Shown here in pieces: positions 12,501 to 25,663 of a DNA stretch of 64,000 nt (position 1 is the stretch's first letter; each line of letters begins with the position of its first letter). The position numbers and the translations under genes are program-made. This stretch comes from Chrysomallon squamiferum (lineage: Eukaryota > Animalia > Mollusca): the NCBI GenBank assembly GCA_012295275.1, contig CM022677.1:13826001-13890000 (forward strand). The letters are read 5' to 3'. The notes under the pieces are model-generated. The model worked only from the letters and a program-made list of their open reading frames with translations. It did no database searches and was not told the DNA's origin.

Positions 12501-15390
12501 CTTTTCAACAAAAGGATGAACACCTTTTGGATCCACATGTTCATCAGTCTGATGAGATGTTCTTCAGGCTGAAACTTAAGTAGCAACAAAAGTTTCTGTA
12601 TTAGGAAATGAAACGTGTAAAAGAATTAAATAAAAATATTGATAACTAGGACAGTATATCTACATTGTAAAATGATACTTTACAGCATATTAAGAATTGG
12701 TCTGATAAAGCACAACATTATATTTATTGATTTACTTCAAGCTTGTCATTAATTTCACTGCATCGCAGTTATTTGAGTGTTGCTTTTGTTCTGAATCTTA
12801 GACGTACCTAAGAAATTTGATGACGTAACCACTTTTTTAACAACAGCATTCTCACCTCCTCCATCAACATCAGGATTTTCTGTTACTGACATGTAAATGT
12901 CAGCTGATTTTGTCCACGTTATTAACTTACACAGTGTAAGCAAAATCAGTTCTGGCAAAATCTGCAAATATAAAACAAATAAAACAGTAAAAGACGACAG
13001 AATCTATTCTCCTCAGGAGTAGCATCATCAGCAGCAGAAACATACTGCCACTGCTTCCACAGACATCCATTTTATAGCAGAAGTGAAGATGGTAGAAAGT
13101 GTAAATGGGAAAATAAACGAAGAATGTATTAATAATAATTAAGATACCAACTATAACATGCAAATTCCACATATTTTAAAATACATTTTAAGTCAAAATT
13201 GTCCTTTTTCTCTCTCAAAATAAACTATGATTCGTCTACAAGCATTAAACTTTTACAGAAGAGCAGTTTACATTACAAAACCCCAATTTACATGCTTTTA
13301 AACCCCAATTTACATTCATTAAAATTTGTCCTGTATTTTTTATTTAACATGGCCTTAAGTAGACTTTGTTTTTTAGAAATGAAGTAAAAACACTTACTTG
13401 CTGATAAACCTGTTTGATGTCTGATGTCTTTTAAGTCAGTTATGTCTTTCATCGCTATGATGACAGTACCTTCAAATAGAAACCATAGACATAAATGAAT
13501 TCATTAGGTGGATATAGTTTCTACTGGAATAGAGAATTACGGTTTATATTTTTAAAATAAAATCTTTGTAAAAAATCTACAATAATAAAACAAATGAAAA
13601 ATATAATAAAAACATTGCAATTTCAAAGTGAGGTATTTGTCTCATTTGCCTTAATGTAGTTATGACCATGTTTAATATTTATTTGTAATCATTCACTGTC
13701 ACATAAAGGATATTAAAATATTGTGAATGACAAAATTAATATGAAATATTTACTAATTATATTATTATTTAAATCAGTTTTGAAATATATCGGTATTTAC
13801 ATTTTCACCATCAATAGCAAAAATCCAAATATATTAAATATGAAACAATGAAAAAAGTTGCATATATATGTATTTTAAATAAATAAGTTAAATAATATAT
13901 ACTATCTGCTTAATCCATAATTAAATGGCACTAAATATTCTATTTTCTCAGTTGTAAAAAAAAAAAAATTAAAAAAAATTAAATTAGTTTCTATTATTTT
14001 TATTTATTTATTGTTTTGTTTTGTTAAAGTTTAATGCATTAGAAAGCTGACAAAGAAAGACATTAATTTTGAAGTTTTATTTATGTCACGAGTGATGTAG
14101 AAATGTTGAAGATGTACCTACTGGATGCTGATATCCATCAGACTGCTCATTTTTGAATCACAGAAATTATAATCAGAATCTCCAGATAAAACACCTGCCA
14201 GTCTGAACTATACAAATTACAAATAATTATAATTTCGATCACTTTGAAAAACTGTTAGCAGCATTCTGAAGTGTATTTCCATAACATAATGAATAAAAAA
14301 ATTGTTTAGTAATGTCCATTTTTCAAAAATATATCAAAAGGTTGAAATGCAAGTCATTTATAGTTAAGAAAACCATGTCATTCATGGTGACAAAAGACAA
14401 TAGTATAATTTAATACTTGAACTGCTATTACTGTTTGGCTGTCATAAAGTTTATCTACCAATACCTACAATCATTATCACATGGCAGAAAGGCTTACTGC
14501 ATCATTCCTCATTATCTGTTGAGTATCCCTGTCTCAGCTGTTATGATTGAATACAACTAAGATGAGAAGTAATTTTCTATTTGATAAACCAGAAATTATA
14601 TTGATAATTACAGACAGTAATAGTTTATTACTAAAGAAATATTTTTATTTCTGTAAGCAGATTAATATTATTTTCACAAAAAAAAAAATATTATCAGTTA
14701 AGTGAGAATGACCACAAATAATTTAAAAAATGGATTTATGATGGAGAAAAAAGAAAGACTAACTAGTAAATATATAGAAAAGTAAAGTCAGGAAACTTTA
14801 AACAGAAGAGTTATATAAATAAAAAACATGGAGAAACACCTAGAAATAAATGTTCTCAGTTGATTAATATCAAACAAGAAACCAATTACAGGTATGAAAT
14901 GAACTTGTTATGTTAATGTCTTTTTTGTCACTCAAATGAAACTAGACATTATTGATAACTGTTTATCAGAAATCAATAAGAATGAAATGGAAATGTCAAA
15001 ATCTACAAACAAAAGGATATAAATGACTAAACTTGCAATTATATTTAGTTTCTAGATTAAAATTTACCGAGAGCTGCAGCAGCCAGTAAATAAAAACATT
15101 TGTCTTTTGTCTTTACTCTAATTTCTTTCTCCTATTACTACAAATTCAATTAAGCTTTGTCTTAAAACAGTTTCCACTATACCTTTCACTGGCAACCATT
15201 GAACTATATGCTCTGTCAAGAACAGCTTTCGTTAGCAAAGTCGCCATTCTATCGTCTTTCATCAATGCCGAGTTCACTAAACACTTTATCAGGATGGACC
15301 CTTCACTTTCCTGCAGTGGTAACGCTATCACTATTTCTTTTTCCAAATCTATACTATTCTGCTAACACTTTAATTTCATCCATTCATCTG
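6580..15390 (-). pseudogene. Multi-exon gene of unknown family, apparently disabled; includes a coiled-coil-like exon
   Basis: GC-richer blocks bounded by ag/gt on the minus strand: ~15182-15390 (GKEIVIALPLQESEGSILIKCLVNSALMKDDRMATLLTKAVLDRAYSS), ~14120-14200, ~13398-13470, ~12755-12961, ~12445-12570, ~12201-12298, ~11835-11912, ~11433-11550 (EQLRGQLVESSQGLAEKRKEIKDLQ), ~9630-9715, ~8931-9279, ~8479-8593, ~6581-6684. In-frame stops in several blocks. Confidence 0.55.
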
Positions 15391-15419
15391 CTGTACGTTT
15401 TGTAACTTTCGGTCGGCGT

Positions 15420-15660
15420 CTTCAGATAAAAAAGAAATTAACAACAACGCTCTGTACCAAGATAAAATCCATCGTCAAGCCCACATTTACAACGATACAT
15501 TACTCCAAAAAACATGAATAACAAGCACTCCTTCCGATAGAGATCCATACACAAATCCAACACCAAACGTAATTGGCTGAATTATAAAACAATGACCTAT
15601 GATTTGATCTGTAATAAACATATCCAACCAATCAGCACTATTCTAAGTTCTGCTGCAGTC
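15420..15660 (-). promoter_or_regulatory. Candidate promoter of the minus-strand gene (CCAAT boxes)
   Basis: attggctga at ~15572 and ccaatcag at ~15629, just upstream of the first exon-like block. Confidence 0.3.
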
Positions 15661-15675
15661 CAACTCAATTACTGA

Positions 15676-15960
15676 TTAACCATCCTAGTCCGGATGCCAA
15701 ACCCCATATTTGAAGAACCTTGCAATACAGTCCGTACAAAGTTTTTTTGCTGTTTCTATACCTCCGAGATGTGCTCTTTAAGAATCTGAATCATGCCGCT
15801 CTGTCATCCTTGGGCAATCCGCACAATATGCAAATTAAGGCAGCCATTTCTGAAAATCTTGTTTTCGTCAATATCTCAGTAACTATGCATGGTATCAAAA
15901 TAATGTTGGTGTCTATCCCCATGTTTTGAGGGGTAAAGAATCAGATTAAACCATTACAGT
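15676..15960. mobile_element. Probable DNA-transposon terminal fragment (starts TTAA-CC, piggyBac-like)
   Basis: Abrupt GC-richer block beginning ttaaccatcctagtccgg. No partner end seen. Confidence 0.3.
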
Positions 15961-16474
15961 ATTGATCACACCAATATTTACAAGATGCTACTAGTACTAG
16001 CATTTTTACTTACGATACTGAAATGTATATTTTAATTCATACAGCTTACGACTAATATTATTTTTACTATATGTTACTACTTGCATTAACATTCTTACTT
16101 TCTACGTTACTACTAATATTACCATTGCTACTATGTGTTACTATTGGTATTAACATTTTTACTTACTGCATGTTACTACAAAGATTACCATTTTTACTAT
16201 CTGTTACTTACTACTAGTATTAATATTTTTCCTTACTACATCTCACCCATTAGCACTTTTACTTACTAAGGATTATCTTTTGCGTTGTACATCTTGATGT
16301 GTGTGTGTGTGTGTGTCATCACTAATGTACAAGACAGGCCTTGCTTGTATTTGTACGATTAAGAGTAAAGAGCAATTCTGACTAGGACAGTTTCAAGAAT
16401 CTTCCATTATCTAGAAAATTCGAAAGTCATATATCTACTAATCCTGCTCCTACTACTACTTCTTCACAAAATCC

Positions 16475-18112
16475 CTGACGTCACAAAATCCCCGAGCTAA
16501 AATTGACAAAAAATAAAGAAAGAAATAATAATAATACAGTATTCCCTCGATATTCGCGGGGGTTACGTTCTTTACCCCCCCCCCCCGCGAATAGCGAAAA
16601 ACCGCGAATATTGGATGCAGTTTTAAAACGTCTATTATGAGATTATATACGGTACTAAATGCTTCCCAAACACTTTCTAAAGACACTCTTATTCATTAAT
16701 ACAGTAATAATGTAGTAATATTGCATGCAGTTATGTATTTCACTAATGTAGTAATGATAATGTAAACACATTTTAATTTTGTACTGAAACAATATTTTAA
16801 TCAGAAAGAAACGTAAGTACAGGAGGACAGTAACCCCGCATAGCATAGTTACCCATACAGTATTACTGTACCGTAAAGTCATTTTCTATGCGTACAACAT
16901 ATTAGAATTGACAGAAAGTGGAACAAATTTAAAGGCAAACAGACAGATAAATACAGTACGCACAGTTCAGGTAATAATAATACAATTTAGTAATAATATG
17001 CAATTAAAAACATTATTAATACACGGTCACAAAAAATATGCACTGTACATACAGTGTATGCATTTATAAAAAAATACGTACTGTATTGCAATAATAATTG
17101 AAAAAATTTGATATTGTTTGTGCTGTCACCAATAATGAATGATAATAAAATGATGATGAAATTTGCAGTGCCATACGATGATGATGATAACACTAAAGTA
17201 CAGTATGGCACAGCTTAGCTGCTGCTTTACAGCACTTTAGGTAATTATTCCTACTCTTCAGGCACTTAAGTCTCTATGACCTACAAAAACCCGGTTTACC
17301 GAGCATTTGTTTTTATGACGTTATGACGCTCGCCTGGTATACCAGCATACGATGCGATAGGGTTAAGAGCCTAACCCGCGAATATGCGGGGCCGCGAATG
17401 GGGAACCGCGAATAGGTGAGGGTATACTGTAATAATGATAAATAAAAAAAAAAAAAAAAAAAAAAAATATGAGTCGTCGGACCCGATTCAAATTTTGTTC
17501 CACAAAATGATTTTCCTGAATAACAGCTCTGCCTGATCAGTAATGAGCGATTTTTAAAATATTTATTGGAAAGAATCGATTTTATTGACCTAATTCAAAA
17601 TTGGGCAGACAGATGACATTAGACAATTCAGAGATATATACTATAGCTCAACATATTTGGACACTCTTTCGGCGTTAGACTCTCGAAAATTATATGAAAA
17701 TAGCAGATACTCCAGGAATAGGGTAACAAGGATCCTATATCACTTACATGGTGACGAAACTTACCTTATTAAATTACCACTTTCAGTTTTAAAAGATTTT
17801 AAGAATGCGAGCTCCCTTTACAAAAGTTTGTTTACGAAACTTCCAGCTATTTTGTGTAGGAATGAGAACATTGTATTCACAGCGCACATCTGACGTCACA
17901 AAATCCCGAGCTAAAACTGATAAAAAATAAATAAAGAAATAAAATGAAACAAATAAAAAATAAAGAATTAAATAAAATTAAATAAAATAAAAATTGAGTC
18001 GTCGGTCCCGATTCAAATTTTGTTCCACAAAATGATTTTCCTGAATAACAGCTCTGCAGGATAAGTAATGAGCGATTTTTTAAATATTTATTGGAAAGAA
18101 TCAATTTTATTG
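16475..18112 (+). repeat. Direct duplication of a ~220-bp segment (16475-17588, interrupted by a MITE; 17890-18112, intact)
   Basis: Both copies read ctgacgtcacaaaatcccgagctaaaa...gagtcgtcgg(a/t)cccgattcaaattttgttccacaaaatgattttcctgaataacagctctgc...ggaaagaatc. Confidence 0.85.
16537..17429. mobile_element. Non-autonomous Tigger/pogo-like element (Tc1/mariner superfamily)
   Basis: TA|cagtattccctcgatattcgcgg ... ccgcgaataggtgagggtatactg|TA. Imperfect TIRs, repeated ccgcgaata subterminal motifs and a TA TSD. Confidence 0.85.
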
Positions 18113-20413
18113 CGTCTATTCAAAGTTTTATAACATTTGAATACGATGGCAGGTGCCCGGAACCTCAGCATCTGATTGGTTAAACTAATGTTTACATAAA
18201 CAATGTAGATGTTTTTATTCATTTATTTATTTATTTATTGAATTATTAATTTAAAAACAATATACATTAAATCTTATTTGCTAAAGAGATACTGTATTTG
18301 TTTCTTATTTTTTTGTTTGTGTTATTATCTTTGCAACAATAAATATTTTCAGCTGATGTTATTCTATTGTATAAATATAGTCTTTTTTCAAAATAGTCTT
18401 AAAAGATGAGTTATACAGACATAATAGTAATTTTGCATTTCTATAATTAATTCTGAACAGAAGGTGTTCCTTGGATTTGATCTCTAAGCCTGTTTAAGTA
18501 TTTGGATTAACCATGATAGCAATCACTGCTAAAAATTGAGTTTTTAATGTGAGTATGCATACGTGTCTCTGTGTGGGTATGTTGTTTTATTCAAAATTTC
18601 ACTCATATTTCATTCATTTATTTTTATTATTTTTATTATTTTTATTTTTTAGTGAAAGTCTTCATACTCTCACAGGAAAGGAAGTAATACTTTTGAGAAA
18701 AAAAAAGTAAAATGGCAGGTTAAAAACAAAACAAAAATGAACCTTTTTAAAAATGTATTGTAAGAGATTTGTTTGCGTTACCATTGCAGAATGATTAATG
18801 ATTGATTGTAATAAGTGAGGAACTTTATCAGTTTCTACAGAGTGTCAGGAAAAAGCCAGAATGTTGTTGGGTTTTTAACCTTGTATGTGTTTTATTATAA
18901 ATGATATTAACGTTATATTTTGTGCATTTCAAAATTTGAATAATTTTCTAAAGTTAAAGTAAGATAGAAGCTTTATATCTCCACTCCACATCTAAATATT
19001 AATATTAAAATTAAAATTATACTCACTAAAATTTTATTGTTATCAATGAAAATTAGGATTTCTCCGGTAATCTTATTAGCTATACAAAACATCTTGAAAA
19101 ACAGTTTTATTTTATTTTCCAATTTAGCTTCCTTCTCACAGTATAATGATGGTCTTTCATGTTATGTTATTTTATTATTATGAATATATGTGAAGTGCTA
19201 GATGAAGATTGTATTTACTATTGTTTTGATATTACTGAAAATTAAACGTGCACTTGATTTTTTTCTTTCCCCTTCACCTTTTAATGAGTACACCTTTTAA
19301 TCAGTACACACTATCGTGATTCCAGGGAATTAACTCTGAGATTTTTAAATATAACAAAATATGAGATTAACATTTCTCAACATTCTTGACTATAAATATC
19401 ACCGCTCAACCAGCAATTACTTCTCACCTTTTTCTTTTTTCAGGTAATTCATTCTCACCTTCTTCTTTTTACAGGTAATTAAGCCGCTTATTTTCATAAC
19501 GCCATGTAGAATTATAATTTATAATTGTCAGTAATATTTAGTAGATTATTTGTCATTATCAATATTTTGAGAAAAATAATAACATGTAATTTAAATTCTG
19601 ATTGCAGCGTTAAAACGTTTTCATAACGCCGTGTGAAATTAATCCTAGTTTTTCGGTGAATCATGTTCTGCTGTTTATAAAATGTCACACTAGATGCGCC
19701 TCTTTATTTCTCGATATACTTTTGACGTCACATACAAAGCTACTGTTATTTATAAAAACATTATAACACGGAAGCTCCATCTATATTTCTGAATGTTCGC
19801 AGTGGAATCATACCTGTAATTGTCAATTTTAACTGAATATCATCTCATTCTAGAAGGATAGCTGAGAAATTGAGAAATAAGGAGGCCTTGCAGATTCCAG
19901 TTCTCTGTTACTAACCAAATCAGGATTAGTTTTTAGCTGCCCCCGAGTTTCTAATGATAATTAAATAGTGATTTTCTTTTTCTATTAAAAAGCTCACATT
20001 ATATTTTCAAATATTAGTAAATAATTAATTATATATGGAGTGATATTCATCTTTTTAATATATAAAATTAAGCAGCGAAACTAATCAATGTAAATAGTGT
20101 ATTGTCTTAATAAAAACACTACGTTATTTTTGCTGAGTACAAATTATTCTGCATTAATGTAGTAATCACAGCATAAGTTCAAATGCGGAATATAACATTA
20201 ATATCACATGTTATCATATTTTCACTATAACCTCGAAAGTTGCTAATGAAATATCGTTGTGAGTCTGGTAAAATGATCAGTGTAAGTAGCGGTATCCTTA
20301 AGTAAAACCTTATTTTTACTTGTTTACAATACAACTGCGCTCGTTTTACAAAATAAACGTAAAAGCTTTGTTTACATAACGGAATATCATTTAAGTTTTC
20401 TTCTACTTTTTAT

Positions 20414-20414
20414 A

Positions 20415-20458
<44 letters not shown>

Positions 20459-20494
20459 CAACAACAACAATACTACTACTACTACTACTACTAC

Positions 20495-20540
<46 letters not shown>

Positions 20541-20545
20541 TAATA
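20414..20545. repeat. Compound (AAT)n/(AAC)n/(ACT)n microsatellite
   Basis: Direct inspection. Confidence 0.9.
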
Positions 20546-20899
20546 AAGTATTTTCTATATTTCCCAAAATACAGGCATTCTCTGTAATCGATTTCTTACT
20601 AGAAATTATCATTTTAATCTATAGTGTAATATAATTTATGACGTTAATGTTGCGACTTCTCGCGTTCTAGCAGAATGTAAGAATACAGAGAAACGTACAA
20701 ATTAATAATCCTTTCTAAATCTCTATGAGATAATAAGGGAAAAGTTGAGTGGGCGCGAGATTAGACTGATCTTTGGTTAGACTGGGTCATATCAGCCTTT
20801 TTCATTTTATATCTATCTATCTATCTGTCTATCTCTGTTTCCATATATATATATATACACGTCGTCTTACAATGATCCGTTTCCCCATCCGCCCAATAA

Positions 20900-21260
20900 T
20901 CAGGTATAAATCAAGACGCTAAGAACAATACTGGAACGACGGCAATGACGGCCTCATTAATAGAAAGAGTAGTGATATTTTTTTAACGTAGAATGTGGAC
21001 ACGAATTGCCATACTTAATAAAAGGTAAACTAATAGGGTGAAGTAACGCCGTTACAACGACATTAATAAAGGTAATAATGATATATTTTAACATAGGAAG
21101 GGAACGGTCAGACAATAAGAATAACAGCGATTGAAAAAAGAAAAGGAGTTCATCAATAACGTCAGGAACATCGCCCGTACCACGGCAACGAGGGCGACGT
21201 TAATAGAAATTACAATAATCTATTTTAATAGGTGATGCGCCTGCTCAGAAAGTCTACTCA
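20900..21260. repeat. Degenerate dispersed repeat with internal sub-repeats; related copies at ~28850-28940 and (inverted) ~54560-54715
   Basis: aagacg...aatactggaacgacggc...cattaata...gaaat(t/c)acaataat...aggtgat is shared between the loci. Confidence 0.55.
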
Positions 21261-21699
21261 GCCACCGAAAAGAATCAAGAATTATCTTAAACAGGAAGAG
21301 CCCGCGCATTTATTATTTCATAATACTAATTATGTATTTCAATATATGCATATATATTAGAGCTAATTCAATAAATATCTCATAAATAAACAGTACAGAC
21401 TTATCAAGGGTACAAAACTGAAATAATCGTTTTGAGCGATAAAAATTAAAATATTTGACAAATAATAATAATAATAGAAATAATAATAATAACAACTACA
21501 ACAACAGCAACATCAACAACAACAACCACAACAACAGTAATCATAATCATAAACACAACAAATATTTTATTGTTAATACTAGGGTCGATTTAGGGTCTAG
21601 GGGAAGTAACTCTAAATAATAACAATATCTTTATCAGTCTAAATCATAAGAAGTTCAGAAAATAGACGTAAAATAATTGAATTTGGAGATTTAAAAAGT

Positions 21700-21800
21700 T
21701 CCGTGAGCTCACGGAAACCTCCGTTCAAAATCCAAGATGGCAGTGTTTAACTGAGTTGTTGCTATCAAACATAAAGAAGAACGCAGATTACCTCATCTAT
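21700..21800 (+). promoter_or_regulatory. Candidate promoter/first exon of LRR gene copy B (YY1-like aagatggc)
   Basis: aaaatccaagatggcag in a GC-richer island upstream of a long T-rich intron-like tract. Confidence 0.3.
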
Positions 21801-21828
21801 ATTTCAGCAAAAAACGAATTTTCTAATA

Positions 21829-21861
<33 letters not shown>

Positions 21862-24840
21862 GATTATGGTTATTTAAATTTGATATTGATACTACTACTA
21901 CTAATCATCATCATCATTATCATCATCATCAACATTTAATTTATCTTTCTTTTTTATTTCAAAATTCTTTTCATTTGTTTCAATTGATTCTGTAATTTGT
22001 ATTATTTCTTTATCTTTTTACTATTTCAGTAATATTTTATTTTATGACATTTTATTATTTTTCTATAATTTATTTATTTAATTAATTTATTTTATGTATT
22101 TTAACCTTTGTGTGTATGTATTTCTTTTTATTTCTTCTTATCCTGTGTTTATTCATATTTCTTCATATTGTTTTTCTTTGTTTAATTTTTGTGTTTTCTT
22201 TAAAGTTGTTTTATTGGGGGTTTTTTTAACCTATTTACCATGATTATTGTTTCTTGTTACTTTTCTACATTGTCATTTCTTCAAAATCTTGTTTTTCTTC
22301 ATTTCTGTTATTCATTTTCATTTTCATTTTCGGTTATTTTAATAAGCAAGATTTTTGAAATATACAATTTACTTGTTATTTTTCAGTTTCTGTACATAGT
22401 TATTTTTATTCTTTCTTTTTGTTTCTTCATATTTTAAATTCTTAATTTTTATTTTAACTGCATCTCCATCTTTCTAGTTATTTTTCTACATTCTACTAAT
22501 TCAAATTATTTTATTTTATTATTTATTTATTATTATTATCATTGTAATTATTAAATTTGTTTTACAAGCTAGTTATAATTCTTTTTATTATTATATTTCT
22601 TCTTCATGTTTCTTTTTATTCAGTGGAGAGTAGACTTTTTTTTTCAGTGTTTTAATATTTCTGTTACTAGTGTTGATTTTCTGTTTTCTGAAAGTTATTA
22701 TTATTAGTGATTTTTTAGAACCAGTATTATTCTGATAACTTGTTTGTATTTTAAATAGTTTCCAATGATTTGGATACATTTTTTATGACAGTCGTATTTA
22801 TATTCACAAACATGTTTTCTCTTAATTTCAATGTCTGCTTTTCTGTTAATATATATAATTTCTTTTCTTTCTATTTTTGTTTTTTTTATTTCCACAGATC
22901 TGAAAAAGAAACAGTTGGCGTGAAAACACCAGTACCACCATTACTCTCAAGACAAACTGATACCACCACACCAACCACTAAAAACTCAAACTCCTGTGCC
23001 AGGAAACATCCAGACACTAGAAAAGAAACCAGAAACACCACCACCCATAGCCAGAGGTATTTCAGTAAAAATAATGTCTAAGAAATAAAGCAAACAACAA
23101 AAGTTTGATCATGTGATTTGCCTGACTAATCTTCTCATAAAACTGGAGTTTTTGTTGAAAGCAGCCAGACCAAGACTTGAACTGCCACAAGCTTTACCAC
23201 TTAGTCAGAATTCAAAATCTTTAAAAAATATTCAGATAAATATATCTGTAAAAATGTCTATCTGTCTGTTTCTCTTTCTGTCTGCTCTCTATTTATTTAT
23301 TTTATTTCTGTCTCTCTGTTTTTCTGTTTGTCTGTGTGTATTTCTTTCACAGAATCTGTCTATATACCTATGTCTTTACTTACTTATCTGTTCATCTGTA
23401 TGTCAATCTGTATCTTTATATATCATTTCTTATTTGTTCCTAATTGTCAAGTTTTTAGTTTTTCTTTCATTTTTCTTCCTTTCTTTTCTTTATGTTTTTT
23501 TAAGTTGTAATATTTTTGAAGTATAACAAAGAAAGTTCTAAGTTCTCTTTTGATAATTCTGAACATAAATTGCTTAAGAATCAGTTATTTAAATTATTTT
23601 AAATTTATTTATAGTTTTAATTTATAAAAATGCTCTAAACAGTAGACAGTTGATAATTTTTTTATTTATTTTTTTTTTATTTATTTATAAATCTCTCTGT
23701 CTTCTCTCTGTCTGTCTATATATGTATCTATCATTTATTTATTTATTTATTTTCTTAGTATTTTAAATTTATTTAAAAGATAAACATACTGAATTACACA
23801 ATATTCACATTAAATATTAACAACCTTTTCAAATCTTTTATTTAATATTACAACCTACTGAATAATTTAATATTCTATATTTTCATTAATTATTAACAGC
23901 TTTATTTTTGTTTATTTACTTATTTTTTAACTAGGTTTAGATATTATCAGGAAACAGTTTTGGACACCAGGATTTCCGAGCTGTGTGTTTGGCAATGTGT
24001 TCTAACACAACAGTGATCTTCCTTAGCCTCACCACCAACAAAACAGACACTGAGAGTGCTATGAGTAATCTTAATTATAACTGTTATAAAATGTTTTATA
24101 ATAATAATAAGAAGAAGAATAATAATTAAAAAAAAACCAGTTTAAAGAATTCCATATTCATTACATAATGCTTATACCAATAACAAGAAATTATTTTTAT
24201 ATTTATATTTGTATAATTATGAGAAAAAAATATTATGTTCTCTTCTTGTTCTTCTTCTTTTTATTATTATTATTATTATTGTTCTTGGTATTGTTATTAT
24301 TATTATTTATATTATATTGTCACTGTTATTGTTATTATTATTATTAGTAGTAGTAGTAATTAGTATATGTAATTGTCCAGTATTATCAGTTAGCTTCCAA
24401 TATTGCTAATTCTGCTACTACCACTGTTATTCTACTAATAAAAAATAGTTACTAACAGTAACTTTCAACACACTAAATCGATTACCAATTATTATTATAT
24501 ATCTATTTACCACTATGAGTGTTACTGCTATTTCTACTGTTGCTGCTTATACAAAAATGTTATTTTTACCACTATTATTACATCTACTACTTCTACTACT
24601 ACTACTATGGTGTCTGCAATTATTACCACTATTACTACTATTAGTATTAATACTACAACTATGAATTGAAGTTAATAGAATGTTTGGATGTGTCGAGTAA
24701 TTCTCTAGGAAATGATTATTTCTCTCATTGTGCCAGTCCAGCTCTTAAAGAAAACACAACACTGAAAACTCTCAGTTTTCTTCTTCTTATTTTTTTTAAT
24801 CATGTCATTTTATTAACTTTTCTTTATCTGCCACTATTTC

Positions 24841-24842
<2 letters not shown>

Positions 24843-24927
<85 letters not shown>
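24843..24927. repeat. (CT)n(GT)n microsatellite
   Basis: Direct inspection. Confidence 0.95.
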
Positions 24928-25218
24928 TATTGATACTCTATCTCTCTTTACTGTCTTTCTCTCTCTCTCTCTGCTCTAAGACACCTTAGCTTCAAGAATC
25001 TTAATTTATCATTATATATTTTTAATATTTATTAACTTTTTTATTTCATTTATTTATCTATCTATTTATACTGGTTTAATTAATATAAATGTGTATTTCT
25101 CTATAATTTCAGATATGAAACTTCTATTTATTATATTTATTTATTTATTTGTTTGTTTTCAGAGCTATGTGTAGGCTCCACTGACATGAAACTTCTATAC
25201 CGACTCTAGTAGAAAACA

Positions 25219-25663
25219 TGGACTCACAGAACTAGATCTGTCTAGTATTGGATTATCTGATAAAACTGCTCTCACTAAATACTGGACTCACAGAACTAGA
25301 TCTGTCTAGTAATGGATTATCTGATAAAACTGCTCTCACTAAACACTGGACTCACAGAACTAGATCTGTCTAGTAATGGATTATCTGATAAAACTGCTCT
25401 CACTAAACACTGGACTCACATAACTAGATCTGTCTAGTAATGGATTATCTGATAAAACTGCTCTCACTAAACACTGGACTCACAGAACTAGATCTGTCTA
25501 GTAATGGATTATGTGATAAAACAGCTCTCACTAAACCCTGGACTCACAGAACTAGATCTGTCTAGTAATGGATTATCTGATAAAACTGCTGTCACTAAAC
25601 ACTGGACTCACAGAACTAGATCTGTCTAGTAATGGATTATCTGATAAAACTGCTCTCACTAAA
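25219..25663 (+). repeat. 64-bp minisatellite (7 units), same unit as 1193-2075 in inverted orientation
   Basis: gactcacagaactagatctgtctagtaatggattatctgataaaactgctctcactaaacactg at 25221, 25285 ... 25605. Confidence 0.95.

Noticed and set aside
19295-19350. Inverted match to 37173-37235 as the ends of a giant TIR element
   Set aside because: A short imperfect match across a scaffold gap with no TSD. A dispersed repeat fragment is the simpler explanation.
22240-24409. Several hydrophobic 'membrane protein' ORFs (also 308-634, 7092-7280, 20403-20612, 44505-44744, 53063-53266)
   Set aside because: T-rich intron or microsatellite translations (F/L/I runs) with no family motifs.
25219-25663. Intron gain by tandem duplication (array spliced out to restore the LRR exon)
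   Set aside because: This needs an AG|GT protosplice site within the unit. The unit has only ctag|taat (AGT), so splicing there would drop a base and not restore the frame.
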